Counted from the stretch's first letter, positions 1 to 9,421 are shown. The stretch is 32,000 bases of DNA from Ruminococcus albus 7 = DSM 20455 (GCF_000179635.2 NC_014824.1:240001-272000), one strand, 5' to 3'. Translations and numbers: made by a program. Notes: generated by a model not told the origin, from the sequence alone.

Positions 1-163
1 AGCCTGAAGGAAAACTGAGTAAAGGAAAAGTTCACTGCAGCTGCCCTTGGTGCGCTTTCAGCGGACTGACTTATAGAAGAATAAAACGCGGCACAGCCAT
101 GGATTATTCTGAGAAACACTACGAAGAATATTTCGACGACGTAGTATAATTGGAGGACAAATC

Positions 164-1249
164 ATGTTTGAACTGAATTTCGATGAACTGGATATGCTTT
201 CACCTTTCGAAAAATTCAAAGACAAAATAACAAGATCAGATCTTAAGCCGGAAAGCAAGATCTTGCTGATGACTCATAACGATCTTGACGGTTCCGGACC
301 AGCAGTGCTGCTTAAAAGCATTTTTGTAAAAACAGACGTTATTCACTGTTCTAATAATAATATGGATCGTGAGATAATGAATTCTATGTATATGGCAAAT
401 AAATATGATGCGGTTTTCATTACAGACATATCCTGTACGAAAGAAACTGCAGAAAAGATAAATGAACACTATAATAGGAAGAAGCTTTATCTGCTTGATC
501 ACCACAGAACAGCTGAGTATCTTAATGAGTATGACTGGGCATTTGTTCTGTCAGAACACATCAAAGAATCTTTCATTGATGAATATTATAAGGAACCCAT
601 TGGAAAGCCTTCCGCAACTTCAATAACCTTCGACTTTTTGAAGTACTATGGGCTTACGAAGTATATCAAGAACCTTTCTCTTGCTAAAGAACTTGCTTTC
701 ATGATAAGTGCTTATGATTCTTGGGATTGGGTAAATGTTTTTGAAAAAGATCCAAAGTTTCTGGATCTGAACACTGTATTCTGGATCTACCAGCCGGAAA
801 TATTCGACAACATCTTTTCAAAAAAGATATCTGAAGAAGGAGCAAGGATTCTCGATAAAAGAGAAAACTTTGTACTTATGCTGGAAAAAGGAAGAAACGA
901 AAACTATATCAACTCCAAAAGAGAGTCATTCAAAAAGTGTGTACTTACAATAGATGATGTTTCTTACAAGGCAATTTATTGTTTTGCAGACTCTCACACC
1001 CCGGAACTTTTTGAAGTAATGAAAACTGATTTCCCGGAAGGAGACATTGCAATCATAAATACAGGTTCCAAATTATCCTTCCGTTCCATAGACAATGATA
1101 TCAATGTTGAAAAGCTTGCGAGAAAGCTTGGAGGCGGCGGACATATCAATGCAAGTGGTGTTCATGTTTCTTCTGAGCTTCAGAAAGAATATATGGAAAA
1201 GCTTCTTACAGGAACTATTGAAAAATATAATCAGTCCGCTAATTCATGA
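164..1249 (+). CDS. DHH/DHHA1-family phosphoesterase (stand-alone NrnA/RecJ-like)
   Basis: 361-aa ORF with GGAGGA 6 nt upstream of the ATG. Family motifs are visible in the translation: THNDLDGSG (DxD), LLDHH (DHH) and C-terminal GGGGH (the DHHA1 GGGH motif). Confidence 0.8.
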   Translation: MFELNFDELDMLSPFEKFKDKITRSDLKPESKILLMTHNDLDGSGPAVLLKSIFVKTDVIHCSNNNMDREIMNSMYMANKYDAVFITDISCTKETAEKINEHYNRKKLYLLDHHRTAEYLNEYDWAFVLSEHIKESFIDEYYKEPIGKPSATSITFDFLKYYGLTKYIKNLSLAKELAFMISAYDSWDWVNVFEKDPKFLDLNTVFWIYQPEIFDNIFSKKISEEGARILDKRENFVLMLEKGRNENYINSKRESFKKCVLTIDDVSYKAIYCFADSHTPELFEVMKTDFPEGDIAIINTGSKLSFRSIDNDINVEKLARKLGGGGHINASGVHVSSELQKEYMEKLLTGTIEKYNQSANS

Positions 1250-1281
1250 ATGGAACGTCCTGATAAACTATATTTCAGATT

Positions 1282-1307
1282 AGAGTGTGACACGCGTGAC
1301 ACACTCT
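1282..1307. promoter_or_regulatory. Solitary variant of the double GTGWCAC site (AGAGTGTGACAC-GC-GTGACACACTCT)
   Basis: Same two 7-bp GTGWCAC palindromes 9 bp apart as in the 1941-7160 array, here with extended symmetric arms. Lies 33 nt after the DHH gene stop. Confidence 0.5.
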
Positions 1308-1379
1308 AATACCAAAAATGCGATCAAATTATTAAAGTAATTTACAGTGGAATCTTTTTTATCTATTCCAATTTCCTTG

Positions 1380-1417
1380 TATAATTATATTAGTAGTAAC
1401 TACTGATAATTGGAGTC
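1380..1417 (+). promoter_or_regulatory. Candidate promoter (-10 TATAAT 1380-1385) plus conserved leader motif TGATAATTGGAGTC (1404-1417)
   Basis: TATAAT box followed about 18 nt later by the TGATAW-N2-3-GGAGTY motif. That motif recurs downstream of TATAAT boxes at 11866, 20679, 26177 and 28827. Confidence 0.4.
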
Positions 1418-1466
1418 TGTTTCCGAATGCAGATGTTCCAAAATAAATTATACGAGGTGTAATCGA

Positions 1467-1901
1467 ATGGATAAAGTAACGAAGCAAAAAATAAAACACA
1501 CGCTGAGGAAAAACGGGCTAACTATTTTTTTAGGAATCTCTGTAATATTACTAATAATCATCGCGTTAATGAATGTCAGCGTAAAAAAAGAGAAGATCAA
1601 AAAAGAAAAAGTAGCAAGCAATATTTATTATGGCTGCATCAAGACAGAACATGAAGAAAAAGTTCTGGTGATCACCCAGGCGAATTATTTCATCGAAAAT
1701 GAATGCCTTGATGATGGCAGCGGAGAAAAATATAAAGAACTAAATACAATACTATACAAAAGCGGACTCAAACAATATTCAGAAGGGAAATACTCTTTAA
1801 CAGAAGAAATGAATGAGTCTGACTTAGTTCAGATATTAACTGAGAACAATATGGTTTTGGATTTCAAAAACAAGGAATATAATGATTTCTGCAACAGATA
1901 A
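1467..1901 (+). CDS. Small membrane-anchored hypothetical protein
   Basis: ORF 1410-1901. The ATG at 1467 (MDKVTKQK...) is preferred because GAGGTG lies 7 nt upstream. One N-terminal hydrophobic helix (GLTIFLGISVILLIIIALMNV). No recognisable family. Confidence 0.55.
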   Translation: MDKVTKQKIKHTLRKNGLTIFLGISVILLIIIALMNVSVKKEKIKKEKVASNIYYGCIKTEHEEKVLVITQANYFIENECLDDGSGEKYKELNTILYKSGLKQYSEGKYSLTEEMNESDLVQILTENNMVLDFKNKEYNDFCNR

Positions 1902-1910
1902 TTCAGAAGA

Positions 1911-1938
1911 AAAGCTCATCGATAGATGGGCTTTTTTT
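1911..1938 (+). terminator. Rho-independent terminator
   Basis: AAAGCTCATC / GATGGGCTTT stem with one mismatch, GATA loop and a T7 tract, directly after the stop at 1901. Confidence 0.7.
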
Positions 1939-1940
1939 AT

Positions 1941-4900
1941 TGTGTCACGCGTGACACACTTAGATCAGGTGGATTACGTCCGTTAATTAGAGTGGATTTT
2001 GTCCGTTAATTCAAAGCTAAACTGCTTGAAATTCTGCTTTTCGACTTAATCTGTGTCACGAGTGACACACTCAGATCAGTTGGATTTCATACGTTAGTTA
2101 AGATGGATTGTATCCGTTAATTCGGGCCTTGCTAATATTATGGAGAGTGGATTTTATCTGTTAAATCAAAACTGAAATGCCCGAAATACTGCTTTTCAAC
2201 TTAGTCTGTGTCACGAGTGACACACTCAGAGAGGGTGGATTTCATACGTTAATTCGAGTCTTGCTAGTATTATGGAGAGTGGATTTTGTCCGTTAATTCA
2301 AAGCTAAACTGCCTGAAATTCTGCTTTTCGACTTAATCTGTGTCACGAGTGACACACTCAGAGAGGGTGGATTTCATACGTTAATTCGAGTCTTGCTAGT
2401 ATTATGGAGAGTGGATTTTGTCCGTTAATTCAAAACTGAAATGCCCGAAATACTGCTTTTCAACTTAGTCTGTGTCACGAGTGACACACTCAGAGAGGGT
2501 GGATTTCATACGTTAATTCGAGTCTTGCTAGTATTATGGAGAGTGGATTTTGTCCGTTAATTCAAAACTGAAATGCCCGAAATACTGTTTTTCAACTTAG
2601 TCTGTGTCACGAGTGACACACTCAGAGAGAGTGGATTTCATACGTTAATTCGAGTCTTGCTAGTATTATGGAGAGTGGATTTTGTCCGTTAATTCAAAAC
2701 TGAAATGCCCGAAATACTGCTTTTCAACTTAGTCTGTGTCACGAGTGACACACTCAGAGAGAGTGATTTCATACGTTAATTCGAGTCTTGCTAGTATTAT
2801 GGAGAGTGGATTTTGTCCGTTAATTCAAAACTGAAATGCCCGAAATACTGCTTTTCAACTTAGTCTGTGTCACGAGTGACACACTCAGAGAGAGTGGATT
2901 TCATACGTTAATTCGAGTCTTGCTAGTATTATGGAGAGTGGATTTTGTCCGTTAATTCAAAACTGAAATGCCCGAAATACTGCTTTTCAACTTAGTCTGT
3001 GTCACGGGTGACACGCTCGAAACCAGGAAGTTAGATCATCGCATAGATGGATTGCGACCGTTAATTCAAAATTTAAACTCCCCAAATACTGCTTTTCAAA
3101 TCAGTTTGTATCACTGGTGACACGCTCGAATTCAATACATCTGATCATTGCATAGGTGGATTGCATCCGTTAATTCAAGAGTGAAATACACAGAAATACT
3201 GCTTTCAGCTTTGTTTGTGTCACACGTGACACAATTGAAGCAGAATAATGCTGCGGGTGGATTATATCCGTTAGTTGAGATGGATTCTATCCGTTAATTA
3301 GAGGCTTGCTTGTATTTTGAATGTGGATTGTATCCGTTAATTCAAAACAGAAACTCCCGAAACACTTCGTTTCAACTTAGTTTGTGTCACGCGTGTCACA
3401 CTTAGATCAGGTGGATTACGTCCGTTAATTAGAGTGGATTTCATACGTTAGTTAAGATGGATTGCATCCGTTAATTCGGGTCTTGCTAGTATTATGGAGA
3501 GTGGATTTTGTCCGTTAATTCAAAACAGAAACTCCCCCAAATACATCATTTCAGAATAATTTGTGTCACCCGTGACACAGTCAGATGAGGTGAATTGCGT
3601 CCGTTAATTCAAGAATGAAATACACAGAAATGTTGCTTTCAGCTTTGTTTGTGTCACGCGTGTCACAATCGAAACTATTGAATCAGAATAATGCTGCGGG
3701 TGGATTGTATCCGTTAATTCAAAACAGAAACGCATGAAAATACTACTTTTCAGATTAGTCTGTGTCACGGGTGACACGATCGAAACCAGGAAGTTAGATC
3801 GTCGCATAGATGGATTTCGCTCGTTAATTCAAAATTCAAACGCCCAAAAATACTGCTTTTCAAATCAGTTTGTATCACTGGTGACACGCTCGAATTCAAG
3901 ACATCTGATCATTGCATAGTGGATTGCATCCATTAATTGAAGTGAAATTTGTCCGTTAATTCTAGAGTGAAATACACAGAAATGCTGCTTTCAGCTTTGT
4001 TTGTGTCACGAGTGTCACACTCAGATCAGGTGGATTGTATCCGTTAATTAGAATTTTGAAGCTTGCCTATCATGGATTACGTCCGTTAATTCAAAGCTAA
4101 ACTGCCTGAAATTCTGCTTTTCAACTTAGTCTGTGTCACGAGTGTCACACTTATATCAGTTAGATTACTTCCGTTGATTAGAGTGGATTTCATACGTTAA
4201 TTGAGATGGATTCTATCCGTTAATTCGGGTCTTTCTAGTATTATGAAGAGTGGATTTTGTCCGTTAATTCAAAACTAAAACTCCCCCCAAATACATCATT
4301 TCAGAATAATTTGTGTCACGCGTGACACAATTAAAACAATTGAATCAGAATAATGCTGGTGGATTACATTCGTTAATTGAGATGAATTCTATCCGTTAAT
4401 TAGAGTCTTGCTAGTATTATGGAGAGTGGATTTTATCCGTTAATTCAAAACTATAACTCCCCAAATACTGCGTTTCAGCTTATTTTGTGTCACGCGTGTC
4501 ACACTCAGATCAGATGGGTTGTATCCGTTAATTAGAATTTTTAAGCTTGCCTATCATGGATTACGTCCGTTAATTCAAATTTAAAACTCCCCCAAAATAC
4601 ATCATTTCAGAATAATGCTGGTGGATTTCATACGTTAGTTAAGATGGATTGTATCCGTTAATTCGGGTCTTGCTAGTATTATGGAGAGTGGATTTTGTCC
4701 GTTAATTCAAAACTGAAACTCCCCCAAATACATCATTTCAGAATAATTTGTGTCACGCGTGACACAATTGAAACAATTGAATCAGAATAATGCTGCGGGT
4801 GGATTATATCCGTTAGTTGAGATGGATTCTATCCGTTAATTAGAGTTTTGATACCTTCCTGTCATGGATTTCGCCCGTTAATTCTAAATTAAAACTTCCC

Positions 4901-7160
4901 CAAATACTGCTTTTCAAATCAGTTTGTATCACTGGTGACACGCTCGAATTCAAGACATCTAATCATTGCATAGGTGGATTGTGTCCGTTAATCGAAGTGG
5001 AATTTATCCGTTAATTCAAGAGTGAAATACACAGAAATGCTGCTTTCAGCTTTGTTTGTGTCACGCGTGTCACACTTAGATCAGGTGGATTACGTCCGTT
5101 AATTAGAGTGGATTTCATACGTTAATTGAGATGGATTCTATCCGTTAATTAGAGTTTTGCTAGCATTATGGAGAGTGGTTTGGTCCGTTAATTCAAAACA
5201 GGAACTCCCCCCAAATACATCATTTCAGAATAATTTGTGTCACCCGTGACACAGTCAGATGAGGTGGATTGCGTCCGTTAATTGAAGTGGAATTTGTCCG
5301 TTAATTCAAGAATGAAATACACAGAAATGCTGCTTCAGCTTTGTTTGTGTCACGCGTGACACAATTGAAACAATTGAATCAGAATAATGCTGCGGGTGGA
5401 TTATATCCGTTAATTAGAGCTTTGCTTGTATTATAGAGAGTGGATTTTGTCCGTTAATTCAAATTTAAAACTCCCCCAAATACATCATTTTTTCAGAATA
5501 ATTCTGGTGGATTACATTCGTTAGTTAAGATGAATTCTATCCGTTAATTAGAGTCTTGCTAGTATTATGGAGAGTGGATTTTATCCGTTAATTCAAAACT
5601 ATAACTCCCCAAATACTGCGTTTCAGCTTATTTTGTGTCACGAGTGTCACACTCAGATCAGATGGGTTGTATCCGTTAATTAGAATTTTGAAGCTTGCCT
5701 ATCATGGATTACGTCCGTTAATTCAAATTTAAAACTCCCCCAAATACATCATTTCAGAATAATTTGTGTCACGCGTGACACAATTGAAACAATTGAATCA
5801 GAATAATGCTGCGGGTGGATTATATCCGTTAGTTGAGATGGATTCTATCCGTTAATTAGAGTTTTGATACCTTCCTGTCATGGATTTCGCCCGTTAATTC
5901 TAAATTAAAACTTCCCGAAATACTGCTTTTCAAATCAGTTTGTGTCACTGGTGACACGCTCCAACACAAGAAGTCAGATTATTGCATAGATGAATTTCAT
6001 CCGTTAGATGATGTGGATTCTATCCGTTAATTAAAGTTTTGCTTGTATTATAGAAGGTGGATTTTGTCCGTTAATTCAAAGCTAAACTGCCTGAAATTCT
6101 GTTTTTCAGCTTAGTTTGTGTCACGAGTGTCACACTCAGATCAGGTGGATTGTATCCGTTAAATAGAGTGGATTTCATACGTTAATTGAGATGGATTCTA
6201 TCCGTTAATTCGGGTCTTGCTAGTATTATGGAGAGTGGATTTTGTCCGTTAATTCAAAACTGAAAATCCCCCAAATACATTATTTCAGAATAATTTGTGT
6301 CACCCGTGACACAGTCAGATGAGGTGGATTGCGTCCGTTAATTGAAGTGGAATTTGTCCGTTAATTCAAGAATGAAATACACAGAAATGCTGCTTCAGCT
6401 TTGTTTGTGTCACGCGTGACACAATTGATACAATTGAATCGGAATAATGCTGCGGGTGGATTATATCCGTTAGTTGAGATGGATTCTATCCGTTAATTGG
6501 AGGCTTGCTATTATTTATAAGGTGGATTGTATCCGTTAATTCAAAACAGAAACGCATGAAAATACTGCTTTTCAGATTAGTCTGTGTCACGGGTGACACG
6601 CTCGAATTCAAGACATCTGATCATTGCATAGTGGATTGCATCCATTAATTGAAGTGAAATTTGTCCGTTAATTCTAGAGTGAAATACACAGAAATGCTGC
6701 TTTTCAACTTAGTCTGTGTCACGCGTGTCACACTTATATCAGTTAGATTACGTCCGTTAAATAGAGTGGATTTCATACGTTAATTGAGATGGATTCTATC
6801 CGTATATTAGAGTTTTGCTTGTATTATAGAAGGTGGATTTTGTCCGTTAATTCAATGCTAAACTGCCAGAAATTCTGCTTTTCAACTCAGTTTGTGTCAC
6901 GCGTGTCACACCCAGATCAGGTGGATTACATCCGTTAGTTGAGGTGGATTGTATCCGTTAATTAGAATTTTGGAGCTTTCCTATCATGGATTACGTCCGT
7001 TAATTCAAAACTGTAACGCCCAGAAATACCGCTTTTTAGATTGGCTTGTGTCACGAGTGACACACTTGAAATCTGGAATATTAGATTATTCTACTGGTGG
7101 ATTGCGTCCGTTAGTTGAACGGATTTTATTCGTAAAAGAGGTGGATTTCATCCGTTAGTT
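1941..7160. repeat. 5.2-kb non-coding mosaic array: 35 double palindromes plus about 90 co-oriented iteron-like 20-22-mers
   Basis: Hand-mapped palindrome starts: 1941, 2052, 2207, 2339, 2471, 2603, 2735, 2866, 2997, 3107, 3216, 3383, 3562, 3650, 3761, 3871, 4002, 4132, 4312, 4486, 4749, 4925, 5057, 5236, 5346, 5634, 5765, 5941, 6117, 6296, 6406, 6583, 6715, 6893, 7047. Each is followed by 1-5 copies of (G/A)TGGATTnnnnnCGTTAATT and a conserved tail ...AAATACTGCTTTTCAACTTAGTC. Only three 61-69-aa ORFs fall inside, all within repeats. Confidence 0.95.
2207..2996. repeat. Six near-identical 131-132-bp tandem units inside the array
   Basis: Palindromes at 2207, 2339, 2471, 2603, 2735 and 2866 (next at 2997). 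Each unit is TGTGTCACGAGTGACACA + GTGGATTTCATACGTTAATT + CGAGTCTTGCTAGTATTATGGAGA + GTGGATTTTGTCCGTTAATT + tail. Only a few substitutions or 1-nt indels between copies. Confidence 0.9.
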
Positions 7161-7199
7161 GAATATCGTAAACAGCGGAATTCCGGTCGTTTCAAAGCT

Positions 7200-7319
7200 C
7201 CGTAATCACAATATATATCACATCAACTATCACATATACTATAACTTTAATCACTCTATCTATCATAAACAAGTGAAAGATAGACTGATTTTCACGCAAT
7301 TACATCTGTAATTATTTCC
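7200..7319. repeat. Origin-flanking module, copy 1 (phased ATCACA x3 plus TCTATC/GATAGA inverted repeat)
   Basis: CCGTAATCACAAT...AATCACTCTATCTATCA...GAAAGATAGACTGATTTTCAC is repeated at 7918-8063. ATCACA occurs at 7205, 7217 and 7229 (12-bp phasing). Confidence 0.75.
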
Positions 7320-7476
7320 AGAAAGCTCAAACTTGAAGCCTAAGATTCATAGGAGAGATTTCATTATATTATCTATAGCTTCGGTATAGCTAAAGAAACG
7401 AGCTTGTGGACTGTTCCAATATCTTATCAATAGAATAAATTTTTTCTTGATTTTTCTGATAAATTCTGAACAATCA

Positions 7477-7505
7477 TTGCTATTTTCTCTTTTATATGGT
7501 ATAAT
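7477..7505 (+). promoter_or_regulatory. Candidate sigma-A promoter TTGCTA-17-TGgTATAAT
   Basis: -35 at 7477-7482, 17-nt spacer, extended -10 TGG-TATAAT at 7497-7505. No protein-coding ORF follows before the iteron cluster. Confidence 0.45.
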
Positions 7506-7680
7506 AAGGCTAGAAATCTATGATATACAAGATGAGCTTACAGTATTTGAAAAAATATTTCAAGCAAGTCTGTCTAAATTATAGACAGGTATCTCATTTA
7601 TTTGTATCTTTACGAAAAACTATGATATATGCTTTTCAATATATCAGATAGCTCAGGTATATTGATAGAGAAGCGTAACT

Positions 7681-7880
7681 GAGTGGATTTCATCCGTTAG
7701 TAGAGTGGTTTTCAACCGTTAATTGAGTGGATTCCATCCGTTAGTATGGTGGTTATCATCCGTTAATTGAGTGGATTTGGGACGTTAGTCGGGTGGTTTT
7801 CAACCGTTAATTGGATGGATTCTATCCGTTAGTAGAGTGGTTTTCAACCGTTAATTGAGTGGATTCGGAACGTTAGTTCA
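7681..7880 (+). repeat. oriV iteron cluster: 9 directly abutting 21-23-bp iterons
   Basis: Alternating GAGTGGATTnnnnCCGTTAGTA and GAGTGGTTTTCAACCGTTAATT types, about 22 bp apart and all in one orientation, 315 bp upstream of the Rep_3-like gene. Classic iteron-origin layout. Confidence 0.8.
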
Positions 7881-7917
7881 GCTTTTGAAACGGATTTATT
7901 TCGGTTGTTTTTAAAAG

Positions 7918-8063
7918 CCGTAATCACAATAACTATCACAAAATCTATCACATCAAATATCACATTAAAATCACAAGTATTATAACTGTATAATCACTCT
8001 ATCTATCACCCGATAGAAAGATAGACTGATTTTTCACACAAGAATCTACTTGTTATTATTGCC
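7918..8063. repeat. Origin-flanking module, copy 2 (phased ATCACA x5)
   Basis: ATCACA at 7923, 7935, 7947, 7959 and 7970 (12/12/12/11-bp spacing), then AATCACTCTATCTATCACCCGATAGAAAGATAGACTGATTTTTCAC, homologous to 7200-7319. Confidence 0.75.
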
Positions 8064-8085
8064 GAGATTCACACACTTAATACTC

Positions 8086-8140
8086 AAAAAAATTTTTTTA
8101 TAAAAAAAGATTACATTTGATTTTTTATTTTTTGAAGTTT
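8086..8140. other. AT-rich tract, candidate DNA-unwinding element
   Basis: Almost pure A/T run (AAAAAAATTTTTTTATAAAAAAAGATTACATTTGATTTTTTATTTTTTGAAG) between the iterons and the rep start. Confidence 0.35.
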
Positions 8141-8194
8141 TCTTCTATAATCAATATGTGACTCTAAGTTATGATTCCTTGAAAGGATGTTATT

Positions 8195-9349
8195 ATGTCA
8201 AAGAAAGACGAAAAAACTCAAATATTAGTTGGGTTAGGAGATCCCAAAAAACTGGTGATTCAAAAATCAAAACCATTACTGGATATAGTGAGAATAGGAC
8301 TTCCATTAGATGCGCTCAAGCTTCTCGATGCTTATCTAGCAAAAATTGATACTTATAAGCCAGATAACAAAACTGTCGTATTCGAGGTAAAAGAGTACGA
8401 AGAGATGCTGGGTATCCAGAGACTCCGAACAGAAGTCCTAGACGCTAATCTTGATAAATTGCTTAATCACGTGATTACGCTAAAAAACACTGCCAACGAC
8501 GAAGATGATGATGTAATAAAAATCAACTTGTTTCAAATGGCTAGAAGAAGAATCAACAAAGAAACCCGAATGGGTGAGATAGTGCTGGTTTGTAATGACG
8601 TGGCTAAAGATTTTATTTTCAAATTAGATGATATTAAATACATCAAATATAATCTTGAAGATATAATCAAATTAAATTCAAGATATAGTTACACGTTATT
8701 TTTATACTTAAAAGACAATTTGTATAAAAAAACATGGACTATTAGTTATCCTGAGTTGAAGGTCAGATTAGGATGCGAATCATCGAGATATTCTATGTTC
8801 AGTTATCTAAAAAATGATATCCTCAACCCCTGTAAGAAAGAAATAGAAAGCAAAACAGGTGTCCGCTTCACTTTCGAGCCTATAAGGAAAAACCGCTCTG
8901 TAATTGCTGTAACATTCACGGCTTCGGAAGTCAAAGGTCTTACTGACAAAAAGAAGACTGGTAAGATGGTAGATACTGATAAAATGGTAGATGTTGAATC
9001 AAGTAAATCTGCATCTACTGTACCGGTTGATAATAATGAGGAAAAAGACTGGAAAGCTTTCTATGGTTCATCTGTCCTTGCAGGACTGGCTGAGCAATGT
9101 GAATACACGTTTTCTAAGAAAGAAATGCAGCTTATCCATGCTCTCCTAAAAAAGATAAATATATCGCCGGCTGAAGGAGACAGAACGGGTACATGTAGAT
9201 TCGGAAGGGAAGCGTATTTACAGGAAAAGTATCTGCGTCTGTGTCAGGAAGAAGAAAATAAAGCGAAAAACGGTGAATCTATCACTAACCGTTTTGCGTA
9301 TTTAAGAAAAATGCTTGAAAATGAAGCAGAAGAAGATTCAGATGAATAA
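8195..9349 (+). CDS. Plasmid replication initiator, Rep_3/RepB-like (iteron-binding)
   Basis: 384-aa ORF with AAAGGA SD. The N-terminal pattern (...VIQKSKPLLDIVRIGLPLDALKLLDAYLAKIDTYKP...VFEVKEYEEMLGI) resembles winged-helix Rep_3 initiators. It sits directly downstream of the tandem iterons and the AT-rich tract. Confidence 0.7.
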   Translation: MSKKDEKTQILVGLGDPKKLVIQKSKPLLDIVRIGLPLDALKLLDAYLAKIDTYKPDNKTVVFEVKEYEEMLGIQRLRTEVLDANLDKLLNHVITLKNTANDEDDDVIKINLFQMARRRINKETRMGEIVLVCNDVAKDFIFKLDDIKYIKYNLEDIIKLNSRYSYTLFLYLKDNLYKKTWTISYPELKVRLGCESSRYSMFSYLKNDILNPCKKEIESKTGVRFTFEPIRKNRSVIAVTFTASEVKGLTDKKKTGKMVDTDKMVDVESSKSASTVPVDNNEEKDWKAFYGSSVLAGLAEQCEYTFSKKEMQLIHALLKKINISPAEGDRTGTCRFGREAYLQEKYLRLCQEEENKAKNGESITNRFAYLRKMLENEAEEDSDE

Positions 9350-9421
9350 TTACAACACTTCAACAGAAAGTCTACGGCTTTAACCGTGGGAGGATGTCAG
9401 AGAATGAAAGGAGATATGTAA

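Noticed and set aside
58-505. Minus-strand ORFs 58-258 and 236-505, and plus-strand ORF 1095-1283
   Set aside because: They overlap the DHH phosphoesterase gene or its upstream region and lack SDs or motifs. They are shadow frames.
1426-1461. 11-codon leader peptide (MQMFQNKLYEV) after the GGAGT motif at 1412
   Set aside because: The other copies of the GGAGT leader motif are not followed by a start codon, so the peptide is probably coincidental.
2240-2275. Promoters within array units (TTGCTAGTATTATGG)
   Set aside because: The TTGCTA and TATTAT elements are only 1 nt apart. No -35/-10 pair with 16-18-nt spacing was found on either strand of the consensus unit.
3604-3919. ORFs 3604-3807 (-) and 3734-3919 (+) inside the repeat array, and likewise 6949-7158 (+)
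   Set aside because: They are 61-69 aa, lie entirely within repeat units, lack SD sequences, and their translations are repeat-derived (VTRVTQTK...). They are chance open frames.
1941-7160. Possible CRISPR array (regularly spaced palindromic repeats)
   Set aside because: The sequences between palindromes are themselves repeated (iterons and a conserved tail) rather than unique spacers. Unit lengths are 88-288 bp, the repeat is an 18-bp perfect palindrome, and no cas genes or leader are present.
7205-7975. Phased ATCACA hexamers as DnaA boxes
   Set aside because: The best alignments to TTATCCACA need an indel or at least 3 mismatches. I keep them as an unexplained phased repeat rather than calling them DnaA boxes.
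8158-8349. ORF 8158-8349 (+) overlapping the rep start
   Set aside because: It is out of frame with the much longer Rep ORF and has no SD. The ATG at 8195 has AAAGGA upstream.
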